Assembly (NCBI GenBank): GCA_030704615.1
Contig: CM060733.1
Coordinates: forward strand, 18,166,001 to 18,230,000
Reading direction: 5' to 3'
From: Takakia lepidozioides
Lineage: Eukaryota; Plantae; Bryophyta
DNA length: 64,000 nucleotides
Part shown: piece by piece, positions 48,184 to 60,949 of the stretch
Layout of the letters: the number at the start of each line of letters is the position of its first letter
How positions within the stretch are numbered: the stretch's first letter is position 1
Notes under the pieces: model-generated
What the model was told of the DNA's origin: nothing
Seen by the model: the letters and a program-made list of their open reading frames with translations, nothing else
Databases searched by the model: none
Program-made: the position numbers and the translations under genes

Positions 48184-50669
48184 AAGAGCTCCTACGCCAA
48201 CATTTTGGCGTGCTTCAGTTCCTCACCCTGCCGTTTCTCCTGGTCGATCAACTGGAGACCTACAACAACAATAGTCGAAATTAGCGATCAAATCAAGCTT
48301 GCCATCGAGATAGATTGATCATAAAATATCGAGGAGGTTACGTATGCACAAAGACTTTGTTCTGGCAGTGAACTGCAAGGTAAAGTTCTAGCGTGAATTA
48401 ATCTACGTGGTGTATCCGTGGATGAGAATGAACGTCATCGGCATCTGAGCAACCGAGGAGCAGCTTAAAGGCCTTACCATATAGCTTGGAAGGCCACCAA
48501 GTTGCGCTGATAAACATACCATACACTACTCCTCCTGAAACAACACCTGTCCATAGCATGTGAGGGAGATTCTTGTTTGATCTGCATTATATCCGGATCT
48601 CGAATAATTAGTAATTTACACACAGCATATCTCGTTTCTTGTTTCTTGTAAGCAGACCTGCAAAATATGTACTTAAGGCCTCTGCAGAATATTTCTGCTG
48701 GTATGCATTACTCCTTACAAATTGAGACAAACCTAATATTCATGATCTCGGTCTTAAGGACATTTCAGTTTTCATATGAATGTGAAGGATGCATAAACTC
48801 GAACTTGGATCCATAATTTAATACCAGTGAGACTGCCTGAAAGTCGCAGTGCGAGAACATGAGGGTGGATGATCTTCAGATTGCTGCAAGCATCCCACAA
48901 AATTTCGGTGCTTTCAAAGGCTTGAATGATATCTAGCTCGCTCGGGCTGCGCGCACTTGATTCTCAACTTGGAATTATCTTGCACAGAATAATTGAGCCC
49001 CGGTATAAGTTCGATTCAGCACTGTTAAAAATAGAGCGAGAACTTTCTAAACGACCAGGATATACTTGATGATCATTAGACAAGAATCAGTGAGGCTTAT
49101 GTACACAACAAATAATCTATTGGCTGACCGCACAATTCAAGAATAACCTGGTGTACATATTATTATTTGTTCTATAGTATATGTGGAGGACTTCCGCTCT
49201 CACAAACTAAAGCTCAGAGCTCAGTGTAGATAGTGCATATCAGAGAAACAATGGTCGTTCAGAGCCGGTACTATCTAGAATGATGAGACTTTTTGAAAGT
49301 TTTCTTCCACGGTGGACTGGTCATAAATTAATCTAGAAATTTGAGGGCAACAGGCCTGTGCCCTGCAAGTGACGGTAGTACCATATGTTGTTGATGTCAA
49401 TTGATGCCGGCTTCTTCTTGTTCAGTTTTGCACGCATCGTAGCTGCTATCCTGAAGGGACCAGGGGAATGTTTACATAACAACATTACACTGTACATCGT
49501 TCAACTGGTGGTCTAGCTAGACAGTAGATGCAAAGTCTAGATCTCCAGATCATATGATAAATCGGTCTCCAACCTCCAAGAATGCATCACATCGACCTAC
49601 TGAGAACTGCACTTACATAGACCTGTCTACTTTTTGGGACTCTTGTACAGAAATACTAAAAGATCTCTGCTCAGCTTCTTTCAAATATCTGCCGACATTA
49701 CCACCGATCTCAATGCGTCGTCTGTTTGGAACTTACCAGAATTGTCCCAGGGGCTCATTTTTGCCAGAGAATTGATCAAGAATGTAAATGGCAACAAAGG
49801 AAAGAAACAGAAACAAGAAACGGAAGGGGTGGCAAGAGAGGGCTAGGATGTCCATTGCGAGAAGGGACGCGAGGGATGTCCGATTGAGAAGAAGTTATGA
49901 GCGATCTCCAGTGTGGCGGGGCAAGAAAGAGGACGTGCGACGCAGAAAGTAATTGGGAGGACCAAGTTATATGTCAACTTTGCCCAGTGCTTTCCATCCG
50001 TCCAATCATCGACTCCTTATCATCCAACCCACAATGAAAGTAAGGGTTCCAAGTTTTGGCGGGATTTATGAAGGTCCACAGCAGAGAGTGTGTGGCGGGG
50101 CTTGCCATGGGGTGGACTTTGGTCAAGCCTACACGTGTGGGCAGTGGAGAAGCGGAGCAGCCTTCTGTTAGGGTCCACAATGCTAATAAGTAATTACCAG
50201 TTCCTCCTCTCTCCTCAGCAAACACCACAACGGACTCACTAAGACCCGCTTAGAAGTTTAAGGGCCAGGAAGTAACAGCAAAATAAACAACCTGTCCTCA
50301 AATAGAGTTATTATGTCTGTCGCCCTGATATACTATTATTGATTAACTGTTATGGTTCAAGTACATGGGGGTGCCTTTCAGACTTGCTTGTCACTTCCCC
50401 AAATCATGAGGCTTCTACCAGTAGAAGGATAGAGCGCAAGCATTTGCCCACAGATGGACAATTGTTGAAGCTGCTTATGACGACAACAACGGGAGACCAC
50501 TCGTGCTCCCGTCATCGCATCCCTTGATGACATATGCCCCTTTGTTTCACTAGGGGGAATTGGAGATAATATTGGAGAGATTGTTCTTCCCCTGAACATT
50601 TTTGGTTTGTGAGTCCCGTCTATCAGCATTGTTGGAGTCTTCCTCGCCACAGGGTTGTTATATGAAATC

Positions 50670-51540
50670 TACAGATGAATATTTTGAAAATGAAGAAAGC
50701 AAAGTCTGTATACTATGAAACCTTGAGACAACAACTCTTTCTCAAAACCCAGCTCACCTTCGCAGACCACCCGAGCCACGCTAAACGCTGGTCTTTTTTG
50801 GGACAATGGGATTCAGCCAAATTTGCAATATGTGGTCAGGACTCTCTTTCAGGAATCAGTCCCACGATATTAGTAGGGAACGTTAGAGCAAAGCAAGGCT
50901 ATGACAAAATCTTGGCATCAATCCCTCCGCTTTGGCTTCATACCCTGTAAGTGGGACCTATCCAGCCCACACGCAACTTCTGGGCCCTCTGCATTTAAAC
51001 AATCAGCTTGCGCACCATCTTATTCATTCAACATGCTGACAGCCATCACCTAACAGCCTTCCCTTCCCTCATAGACACAATCGCCATGGTACTCAGCATT
51101 TGTTGTACTCAGCCCCAAACACTCTCTCCCCTCTCTCTCACACCAGTTTGCATCTGCTGCTGGTCAACCCTCTCTAAAGAAATGGATCCCCAGCCACCTC
51201 CAAGCATGTCCACTATGACTTGGCTCTCAACCATTTGTATGGATCTCTGGTAGACCCTTAGCTGAACTCCAGCTTGATCCCAATGAATGGTATGGTCGTG
51301 CGCCTTCTCAATAAGGTCTCCACACCTGTTCCTCACTTACACCACCAAGAAAGCTTATAAAGACCTTCTTAAGGCGCACCCCATGCAAGCTAAATGGGAA
51401 TCTCAGGGTTTTCATGATGAATGTGGTACTTGTGGAAGGCCAGATTTTATGGACAAACTGTCGTGCATCCTGGCTGTTGCCACGCCCAGTGCTATGGTTG
51501 CACCAGTCAATAGGAAGTTGACCATCCTTCTCTAGAAGTT
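50670..51540 (+). mobile_element. Possible highly degenerate L1-like LINE ORF2 C-terminal remnant
   Basis: Fragments such as YDKILASIP and YTTKKAYKDLL...AKW resemble the region before the zf-RVT of plant L1 elements. No catalytic motif is seen. Confidence 0.3.
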
Positions 51541-52434
51541 GATTAGTCCGAAAAAAATGCCTGTTACACATCCCCACGATCACAAGAACATAAGAGAGCA
51601 CATTCATGCAAAAATGTGGCAAGTTGTATGTATGTGGAAATACTAAGACTTGTATTGTCCTTTCCATGCCACAGAAGGAATCCAGGGACCAAGAACGATA
51701 AGTCATGCATGGCACTGAGACTTGCACCTGCAACCAAAAACTCCTTTGTGGGCAGAGAGGCCAGATGGATGTGCTCATCTTAGAACATGGTGCACCTTGG
51801 CATTGATTAATCTGCTTCACAGATGCCCACATTCACATCCTATGAGATTCCTTTTTAGCACCACCATGTGAGTAATCTTTTCAAGAACTTCCTTGGTCCT
51901 CATGTTTAAAGAGAGCATCAGTGAAATGGAGGGAAGAGAACACACAATGGAAGTTCAAGAAAAGACTGTCACCTGGTTTTCTCTTGTGCTGAGTTCCCCC
52001 AAAGGAGCAAAACAACGCCTGATCGTTGTTGAGAGACAGTTCGGATTGCAGCATCCGTAAAGAGTTCTTCCCACCCCTTTTTGGCGTGCGGAGTTTGCAT
52101 GGTGGTCTCGCACTGCACATGGTACCTTGTTCGACTCTAGACTCTCCTCCAAAGTTGCTTTGTGGGAAATAGTTTATGAATTTTCCCCTCATCCTTAAGA
52201 CGAAAAAACTTACACATGTCTGTGCACACATGTGATAGACATTCAGCAGAGGACCAGACAATGAAGAGGACGACACTGCAGCACAAACCGCATCTGTGGA
52301 CTATTATAGTAGACATCACAGCAAGCCTAGGTCCATTACAGACTGTGATAGGATGATGGGAGAGGTGGTAGGAGATGACTTATGAGGAAAGTTGGGCACA
52401 ATGGAAACCTGTAAGTAAAAAGAACAGCTGCCAG

Positions 52435-52724
52435 ACACGTCGTCCCTGCCAAGCCAAACACGGCGCTCCTCCCCCAACACGTCGTCCCTGCCAAGCCAAA
52501 CACGGCGCTCCTCCGCCAACACGTCGTCCCTGCCAAGCCAAACACGGTGCTCCTCCCCAACACGTCGTCCCTGCCAAGTCGTCCCTGCCAAGCCAAACAC
52601 GGCGCTCCTCCCCAACACGTCGTCCCTGCCAAACACGACGCTCCCCCAACATTACAAACATGGTGCTCCCCAGCACGTCGTCCCTGCCAAACACGCACTG
52701 CGCTCCCCCAACACGGCGTCCCTG
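52435..52724. repeat. 42-bp GC-rich minisatellite (about 7 units, decaying to the right)
   Basis: Unit ACACGTCGTCCCTGCCAAGCCAAACACGGCGCTCCTCCCCCA at 52435, 52477, 52519, 52560 and onward. Confidence 0.93.
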
Positions 52725-55519
52725 CATACGGTGGAAAGATAGATATCATAGTGCACTCCTGATTGTGCACTACTCTGCAGCTTCTTGCAGCTTCTACTCT
52801 ACCAGCGGTTCACCATCCTAACTTGAGAGCCGAGGAGGGGCCTAGTAAGGCGGCAATAGACCTTAACAGCCAGCCATTTCAATCTGTTCGCAGTCATCTT
52901 ATAACGAAAAGGCTACAGACTTCAAGGCTCAAAAGGAAGCCATGGAGGGTGAGCTCAACTGGCTATCTGATACTCTGAAGGCTTCAGTGGAGGACAACAT
53001 GTATGCAAGAGACACTTCAAGCCTTAAAGGCATGTCCTCTGAGCGCTTTTCTTGAATGAAGCTGTAATATTGGACCTGCTTATATATTTTGGACCTGTTC
53101 ACCGCCTCTGGTTGTCGAAAAGGTGATTTTTTCCCTTGGTGGACTATGGTAACTCTGAATCAGGTAAAAAGCATTTCATAGCATCCTTAATTACAATATA
53201 ACTGCCTGCTACAGCCCCAGCTACTCTAGATCCGTCATTTATTGGGCACTGAGTGTTGGGAACCTTATGTTTTGGGGAGGCTTGGTGTGCTTATAGGCCA
53301 ATCCAAGTATGGCATGGCAGCAGTGACCGTTGTTGGATTCTGGCTTTGAGTGTCGTAGTGAGCCCCAGAGGCTGAAAGAGGGACTACAGTTACATCCGTA
53401 GTGACTGCAGAAACCATGGTTGTTATATGGACAATCTAATATTAGAGGAACATTTGTAGATTGTCCTGTTAAATTAGTATAAAAAAAGATGAACAAAAGT
53501 CTGTGCCATGTACAGAGTCATGCCTGTCTTGTATTTCCAAGGGAGGGATTCATTTTATACAGTGTAGTGAGTTCCTGTTGGTTGTTGTGAGGGCAAAGCC
53601 TCGGCAGCAACCGCCCATACATTTATATCTCAGTCCAGTGCAGTGTGGAATTTATTATGTTGTTGGCGTGCATGGACTCGGCTATTCGGAATGTTGCAGT
53701 TTACACGTGAGTAACTGCACACCTTACCACTTGCATAAGGTTTGCTTTTAAGAACTTATTTTCTTCCACCAAATTTGCAACTGGAAAATGAATGCCCCTG
53801 GATTTATGCTTGTGGGGGGTTGGTTGTAGGATGATCATACTGGCAATCGTGAGGGTTGAAAAGAAATGCCATCTTGCAGAGGAAGTTCCACGCTTCAATA
53901 TCTCTTAAGCACGTCTGTACTGCTAATCTGCTTCATTTGTAGAAGGATGGGTAAATGTAAAGATGCAGTCTAGGGAAACTGCCAAGTAGCTGTCAAGCAT
54001 CCCACTTTGTTCTTTCTAATTTCACAACTGAAACACTAGTTTTGTCGCAAGGCTCCAGAGGTAAATGTGTCTGCAGGTTCTTGGCCTGTGTGAGATTGTG
54101 CTTGTGATATGAACTTCTGATTACTCTCATAGAACTTCACTGTTTTGGCAGAGCACTTCCAAATCTGTTTGGAGGAGCGCCTGTCTACTCTTTCATGCCT
54201 TCGATGTACTCGGTACACTGCAAAGGAGCTGCGACTTCCAAAGTATATTCTGCACCACAATTTTCGGGTCCATCACCATTGTCAGCCACAACAAAACTGC
54301 CACACAGTTCCGGCCTCAAAAGCTCCACATTGAGACCTCTTCACATTCCAAACTCTTCAGCCTTCCCTCGGAAGTTGGTCCCATGAACTGCCAAACTTTC
54401 CTTAAGAGCACTGCAAACATTTCAAAGTCTCCCTGTCTGAACCAGCTTCTGCAACGCCTTGCAATGCAAAACGGCCACTTGTCCTCCCTTCAAGTTTATA
54501 CCATAATCTTCTCGCATGTGAGCCGATCAAAGCCATTTCACGTCACCTCATCAACTACCAATGGGAGGGTACTCCCTCCAACAGTCTTCCATCTCCGGGA
54601 GAATGCCACGGCATAAACATGTGGCTCGCTTTGGTCCTGACATGAGGACAAGTGGCGTGATGAGCTAACGGCACATGGTGGTGGGTGTGAAAGATTCTAC
54701 TACCTATGCTATGAATGATTCCACACATCTGTGGAGGACAAAATTCACACTAACCATGCAAGCAACCATACAAGCAACCATAGTACACACAACTCACGAA
54801 AAACAGATTACCATTGACCATCAAACATCTGAGAATAGGAAGGTAAAAGGAATTGCAAAAAAGACTATTCATTGCCATAAGATTGGTCTGAGAGACAACT
54901 GTGACATTCTAGAGAATGCACTACATAGTTCCCTAGAATGATTAATTTCACCCAGCATCAAAAGTTACAATTCTACATTATGCACTACAGAGTTCCCTAG
55001 AATGATTAACTGCAGCCCAGCATCAAAAACTTGAGCACAACATTTGCTGTCAACAAACTTATGAAGGCCTCGCAAACATGAAACTCAAAGCCTGAAAGCC
55101 TTGAAAGTTTAGCATGAACACAATCTGACTACTTCACCAGTTTCAGGAACTTGCCATGGCAATGTTACATCGGAACCATGAACAGAGTTGATTGAGACAA
55201 TATAGAATCCAGCTGGCACAATATGGCCCTGCCACTCATCCTCGTTGCAGCCAGATATATACTCACACGCCTGCCCTCCGTTTTGGTGCACAAGGGTCGA
55301 ACAAAACCACCTTGTCACCAACCTTGAACTGCAATGAACAACACACCAAAGTTGCATTATCATCTCATACAAATCAAACAATGGATATGGCATCCAGCTT
55401 GTGTATTGTAGCAGTACAAACATAATATAATACAATGACATTCAGATCAAGTAACTTACAGTCCCAGCTGGAGGTGGACGACCTGCCATATCCTGCCCAT
55501 CAACTGAGTCATCATCATA

Positions 55520-57440
55520 AGTCTTCAAAGTCTCCATCCTACACCCATGCTGGGCATATCCTGCAATCAACCCGTTCCAGGACACCACATCTAGTCATTC
55601 ATCCATCTTGTCAAATATTTCAATTGAATGTATTGACCCTCCCACGCACCTCGTAAACACCAAGAAGGAAAACAAATCAAATATACTAACATGAAGAGCC
55701 CACTTTGCAGAACCGTCGACAAACTTCTACACATCGTACATTAAGAGCACCACACCTTGCCAGCGGTTGTCCCACCACTGTGAACGATCTTCACAAAACT
55801 TGTAACAGCGCTACTCCATGCTCCATGGGAAAACCTTGTACCCGAAACTGCGACAAAATCAGCACTAGGTTAGGATCTTTATGCAGGGAATGTTGATGTA
55901 GCATTTTCAATAACATTCATGCAAGTCACTTTGGGCTCCATTAGCCTCTACACAATGAGGAACATACCAACATGTCCACAGATGCTAAATTGAAGCTTGT
56001 GCATGACAAGGCATGACAAGGCAGGCAGGCCTAATAACATTGCAAAGCATGGCCTTTTTAACTTCACAGTTAGTCCCTGTGCAGTGTTCAAATGATATCA
56101 GGTACAATTTCAGCTTTCGACAATGTCACCATGGACCTCTTTGCTCTTTTTCCAAGGTTGCCAGTCTCGCATACGCATTGTAAATGCCAACAAACGTGGC
56201 ATGGTTGGGCTGAACACCCCCTCCTGCACCATTTGCTCAAAGGTCTCCAAAGAATGACATTTGATACAATTTCAGCTTTGAGGATGACACCATGGATGTG
56301 TGCACCCATTTCTAGGGCAGCCAAGTCTCCAAAGCCAAACATCTCCTGACCCTGCTGTACATATCATGTGATCATGCGCTCCACGACACGACATTTTGTC
56401 CAGCCATATTTTTTGAACACTTCCGTTGCATTCTCGATGCACCCACGTTTGGCAAACACGTCCACGAGGGTACTACTCAGAATGACATCTGGTACAGTTC
56501 CAGCTTTGACGATGTCACCATTGACCTCTTTCCCCTTTTTCTAGGGCTGCCTGTCTCGCACGCGCATTACAACGACAAACAAACATGATGTGGTTAGGCT
56601 TCACCCCTTCCCCCATCATTTGCATCATAGGTCAGCTCCAAAGCATTCCTACCACACCGATGCTTGATAAAACCTGCCATCATTATATTCCACGTAATCA
56701 AACATCATTGAGGTATTATGTTGAACACTTGGTGAGCATCCACGATGCTCTCACACTTAACATACATGTTGACAAGGGTGTTGTGTAGAAAATCATTCCA
56801 CTTTGGATTTTGTACTAATGAACTAATGCAAGAGACAGACATAAATATTTGAACCTGCTGCAATGCCTGCTTCATGTAAAGTCTGTAGAGCCTCTTCTGT
56901 ACGTTGCAAGAGACAGACACAAGTATCTGAATATGCTTAATGACTCTTGGTTTAAAGGCTGTAGAGCCGAGCCTCATGTACCTTGCAAACTCCAGGGAGA
57001 AAACCTTGCGCATCTTACTTCCATGCCTGCTCAGGAAGAACAACCTGCCGCTGCTGCTTCTACTTCCAGTCGACCCATGCAAGTTTATTATAGCTATGGA
57101 TCCACATGGAATCAATTTTATGCTTGAAATCCGGCCCTCTCGGACAACTTCAGCTATCTCTGCCTCTGCACCGATCATGTATAGATCCTCACAGGTTGCT
57201 GCCTTACTTGAACCTTAAGCCCAGAAGAGGCATAAAAGACTCCTTCTCTTCCTCCTCTTTTGGAAGCTCCGGTCATGGTCGAGGTGCCTGATTTTGTCAA
57301 CTGTGTTGCTGCTATCGCTGCTTCCAGTTGACCATCTACCCATACAGACTTCTTCTTGCTATCAATCCATAGGGAATCATAGGCAATCATGTGCTTGAAA
57401 TTCTCCCTCTTGGATGAATCTGGACCCACACTCTATCCAG
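55520..57440 (-). pseudogene. Third degenerate PLS-class PPR copy, including the N-terminal region
   Basis: NTLVNMYVKCESIVDAHQVFN, HIHGVILKAEIVSNVIL and DVVSWNGLIAGYAQHG (about 55560), with many stops and frameshifts. The N-terminal segment is shared with 24720-24890. Confidence 0.85.
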
Positions 57441-57539
57441 TAAGTTTGTAATTCAATTGAATTGTCAACTCACAATTCAATTGAATTATAATCTATAATT
57501 TTTAACTTATTTCTGTATATAATGTATATATGGACATAC

Positions 57540-57985
57540 ACCGTGTAGACATGAGCACCCTAGACAGGAACATCGTGTAGAAACGAGCACCGTGTGAAAT
57601 CAAGTGCACTAGCATAGAAACGAGCGCACTAGCTTAGAAATGAGCACTGGTAGAAACGAGCACCGTAGCGAACGAGCGCACCAGCTTAGAAACAATCACC
57701 GTGTGGACACGAGCGCACATTAGAAATGAGCACACCTTAGAAATGAGCGACGGTAGAAACGAGCGCACCAGCTTAGAAACGAGCACCGGTAGAAATGAGC
57801 GCACCGGCTTAGAGACACGCACCGTGTGGAAACGAGCGCCGTGTAGAAATGAGCGCATCTTAGAAACGAGCACCACCGCGTGGAACGAACACCGTAGAGA
57901 ACAAGCACATTGTAAAAACGACCCCGGAGTAGAAAAACGAGCACCGTGTAGAAACGAGCACGGTGGAGAAACGCTCTCCATCGTG
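57540..57985. repeat. Degenerate tandem array of 16-22 bp units (TAGAAACGAGCACCGTG core)
   Basis: About 20 GAAACGAGC/GAAATGAGC cores in direct orientation. Confidence 0.9.
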
Positions 57986-58744
57986 AACCACGAAATGTAC
58001 ACCCTTGATAAGATTAGAAAAGTTTTCAATGGGGATCTATATCTTCAATATTGCAAAATTCCATGAATGCGGAGAATCTGGATCATCTAGTGGTTTGGAT
58101 TTGTTTGGTTAGAGCGGCCATGGATGATCCGGGTGTGTGGGGATTTATCTGCAGCCCTTCTTTATATTTTGCGGGCGTTCATCCCATTATCAATACGTTG
58201 ACTGTTTGGTGTAGGCTTACGGAACATGGGTATAGGCACCAGTGGAGGGCACCCTTCTACCTACGGTCTTGAGACTGGATCCAGTGGACACTATCGAACC
58301 GTTTGAGCTGTTCAGCCTTGTTTGTTTGAGCGTTATGTTAGAGAGCAGTAGAAGTGCTATCCTTTGTAGTGGTGGCGGCAATGTGAGACCATGTTGCGTG
58401 GTAATTCGATTATCTCAAGGACCTAGTTGCTTTATCAGTGATCTTGGAGGATTTTAATGAAAGTCCAGTGGAATTTTGTAGTCTATCTCTCTAATGACTC
58501 TCCATTCTGTTTCTATTTGAACTTCGCGAAGTCATGTAGAAAGAAATCATGCTTCTTGTTTATCCAATTTTTCTTCTGTGCATTCTTGTTCGGGATAAGC
58601 ATATTCTAGAGGCTACTTGCTAGTCTGCAGCCCATTGCTCTTCCAAGTGTTATTTCATCTGAACAAAATCTGCGAGTGGGTAACAAAAGGGTGAAATTCG
58701 TAGGACAAAGGATGCTAAGATGGACGGTTGGACAAATGCACACA

Positions 58745-59105
58745 TTACGAGCACCGTGTTGACACCGTAGAAACGAGCGCCATGTTGAAACCAGAGTACC
58801 GTAGAAACCAACACCGTGTGGAAACGAGAATCGACACCATATAGAAAAACGAGCACTGTGTACTAGTATTAAGCATTGTGGAAACAAGCACCGTATAGAA
58901 AAACGAGCACCGTGTTGAAACCAGCACCGTAGAGAAACGAGCACCGTATTCAGACGAGAGTACCATAGAAACGTAGAAACCAGCACCAAGATAAGATAAG
59001 ATAAAGTTTTTTTAACGTCCAGTGAATTTACAGAGCCTACTGCTCAACACACGTAGAGAAACGACCACAATAGAAACACGAGCACCCGCGTGCAACCAGC
59101 ACCGT
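58745..59105. repeat. Second block of the same GAAACGAGCACCGT repeat
   Basis: Same core and same orientation as 57540-57985, interrupted by (GATAA)n tracts near 58990 and 59105-59125. Confidence 0.85.
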
Positions 59106-60442
59106 GGATAAAAGAGATAAAGATAAAGTCTCTTTAACTAATTGTTGATCCAAACTCCACCCAAATGACACCTCTACTTATATCTTCACGGTCCTTACTA
59201 TGTACACAACAAGAAAGCATGTCTTACTTACACCCAGCTCTAGTGTGCCATGCTGGTTACAAACAATAGGTACTAATGGAATGCCACAATTTGTTGGCTC
59301 GGAGATGCTCATGGTCTTCATTTTTCAACTTTGATCTTATTTCTGCCGGTGCGGTAATTCAGGGACAACGTATTCTGGCTGCCATGATTGTATTTGCAGC
59401 CTCAACTGAGCTGCTATGCCAGCATGACCAAATAATAAATAAAGGTCTACAGTCCGTCTATGGTGGATACATTTTACTTCACACTAAGGTTGAAGCACAC
59501 CAAGTTATTTCTGGATTTCATGAAGCATAATGGTTCACATGCATAAAGGTCGTGGTGAACATTCCATAAGAAACCTCAGGAAGTAACAGTGAACAATCGT
59601 TTGAACTTCAATCGTTTGGTGCATGTGGCATTCTTTCATTTTGGATTGTCAAAATGAAATACCAACTGCTGAAATGGGTTTTCAATCAATGCAAAGGCCC
59701 CCTTCAGAGGTAAAGGACCTCCGTTTGCTTGGGATGGACAGCATTACATTCACACAGATGGAATCAGCATAGATTCTTTGAACTTGCTTGGTCATTGACA
59801 ATTCTGGTGATGAGGGCTCTGGTATTAGACCTGCTTGTGCACCTAACACCACTTAAGATTCTGAGCCTTGCAAAGCTGTTTGGCTACCACAAGTATCTAC
59901 AATACAAATCATAGTGAACTCGAGCCATTCTCTCTACTCATGCCATTAAAATATTATTCTAGATCATGCTTGTGCACAGTAATCACAAAAAGAATTGAAT
60001 CTTGGAAAACCCAGATGAGAAAATTAGTGTTACAAGTCATCATGTAGCCCCAGCCTTACGGTAGGACCAATAAATAGTGTACAGGTTAAGTGCATACACA
60101 CTACAAAAATCTATTGAATGGTTGTAATCCTACTGATTCTGCAACACATTGTTGCTCATTGTTTCGTCATATTGGATATGTTGCCCCAGTGACAGAAGAG
60201 GAAGGATCATTGCTATCGGTGATACTAATTTTTAGTGCATTTGAATCCTAAACTAGCTCCCTGCCAATTCAGGTCGGGTTATCATTACTCTTCTCCAACT
60301 AGTAGGAAAGGACGAGTCTGAGTAGAATGGACTGCCTGAGACAGCCACAACCAGGTTAATGGCCAATGGGACCAGACAGCTGCACAGCTAATTTTCTGCC
60401 CCTGATAACCTCTTCAACAAAGGATCTCGTCCGCGTGTGGAT

Positions 60443-60879
60443 CTACTCAAACTCGGAAATGACCACAAGAGAGTCTTCTCCTGGCGTCAAAACCAAGGGT
60501 GCATGTTTTATGCTTGGGTTCAACACCTGCACAGCCATGTTTTCATTAAATTGCAAAACCGTCACATTTGTACATAGTAGTAGTTGCAAACTGGGCAGGC
60601 TTGAATTAGAACAAAACTCGCAACCCCTTTTTGCTGATAACAGATAAACAGCACTAGGACGTCTGATACACAAGCTACATGCTGAAAAGTGGGCTCATTC
60701 TTGAAGAAGTATACATCAGCAACGAAACCGAAGCAAAATGAAATGGTAAGATAGTAGATGAAACCCACCACTTTCTTGCCTTTTTTATAACCAATTGCCA
60801 CTTCATCCCGCAGTATAGCCCTCTCAGAGAGCACTTCAAAAGACGGTGTCTCACCACTCTTCATGTACAATTCGATTCC
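60443..60879 (-). CDS. Last two exons of a POLLUX-like / plastid envelope cation channel (PEC-type, CASTOR/POLLUX family); upstream exons probably lie beyond the window
   Basis: Exon 60879-60769 [37 protein letters not shown] and exon 60526-60443 [31 protein letters not shown], phase 0. This matches the remembered POLLUX-like C-terminus LYMKEGENPSFxELSERAxLRREVAIGY...INP...DSLIVISELE. Confidence 0.85.
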
Positions 60880-60949
60880 CTGAAAATTGCAAAGATAGAC
60901 CAAACTTGGTTTATTAAATATCAATTACAGCATGGGTATCAAGAGAAAT

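Noticed and set aside
48190-49760. Degenerate multi-exon gene or TE ORF interrupted by the Copia (continuing at 43330-43650)
   Set aside because: Every frame has stops and no diagnostic motif was recognised.
53220-54720. Possible pogo/Tigger-like transposase remnant on the minus strand
   Set aside because: Only a weak FQPL-like echo; no convincing DDE motifs or TIRs.
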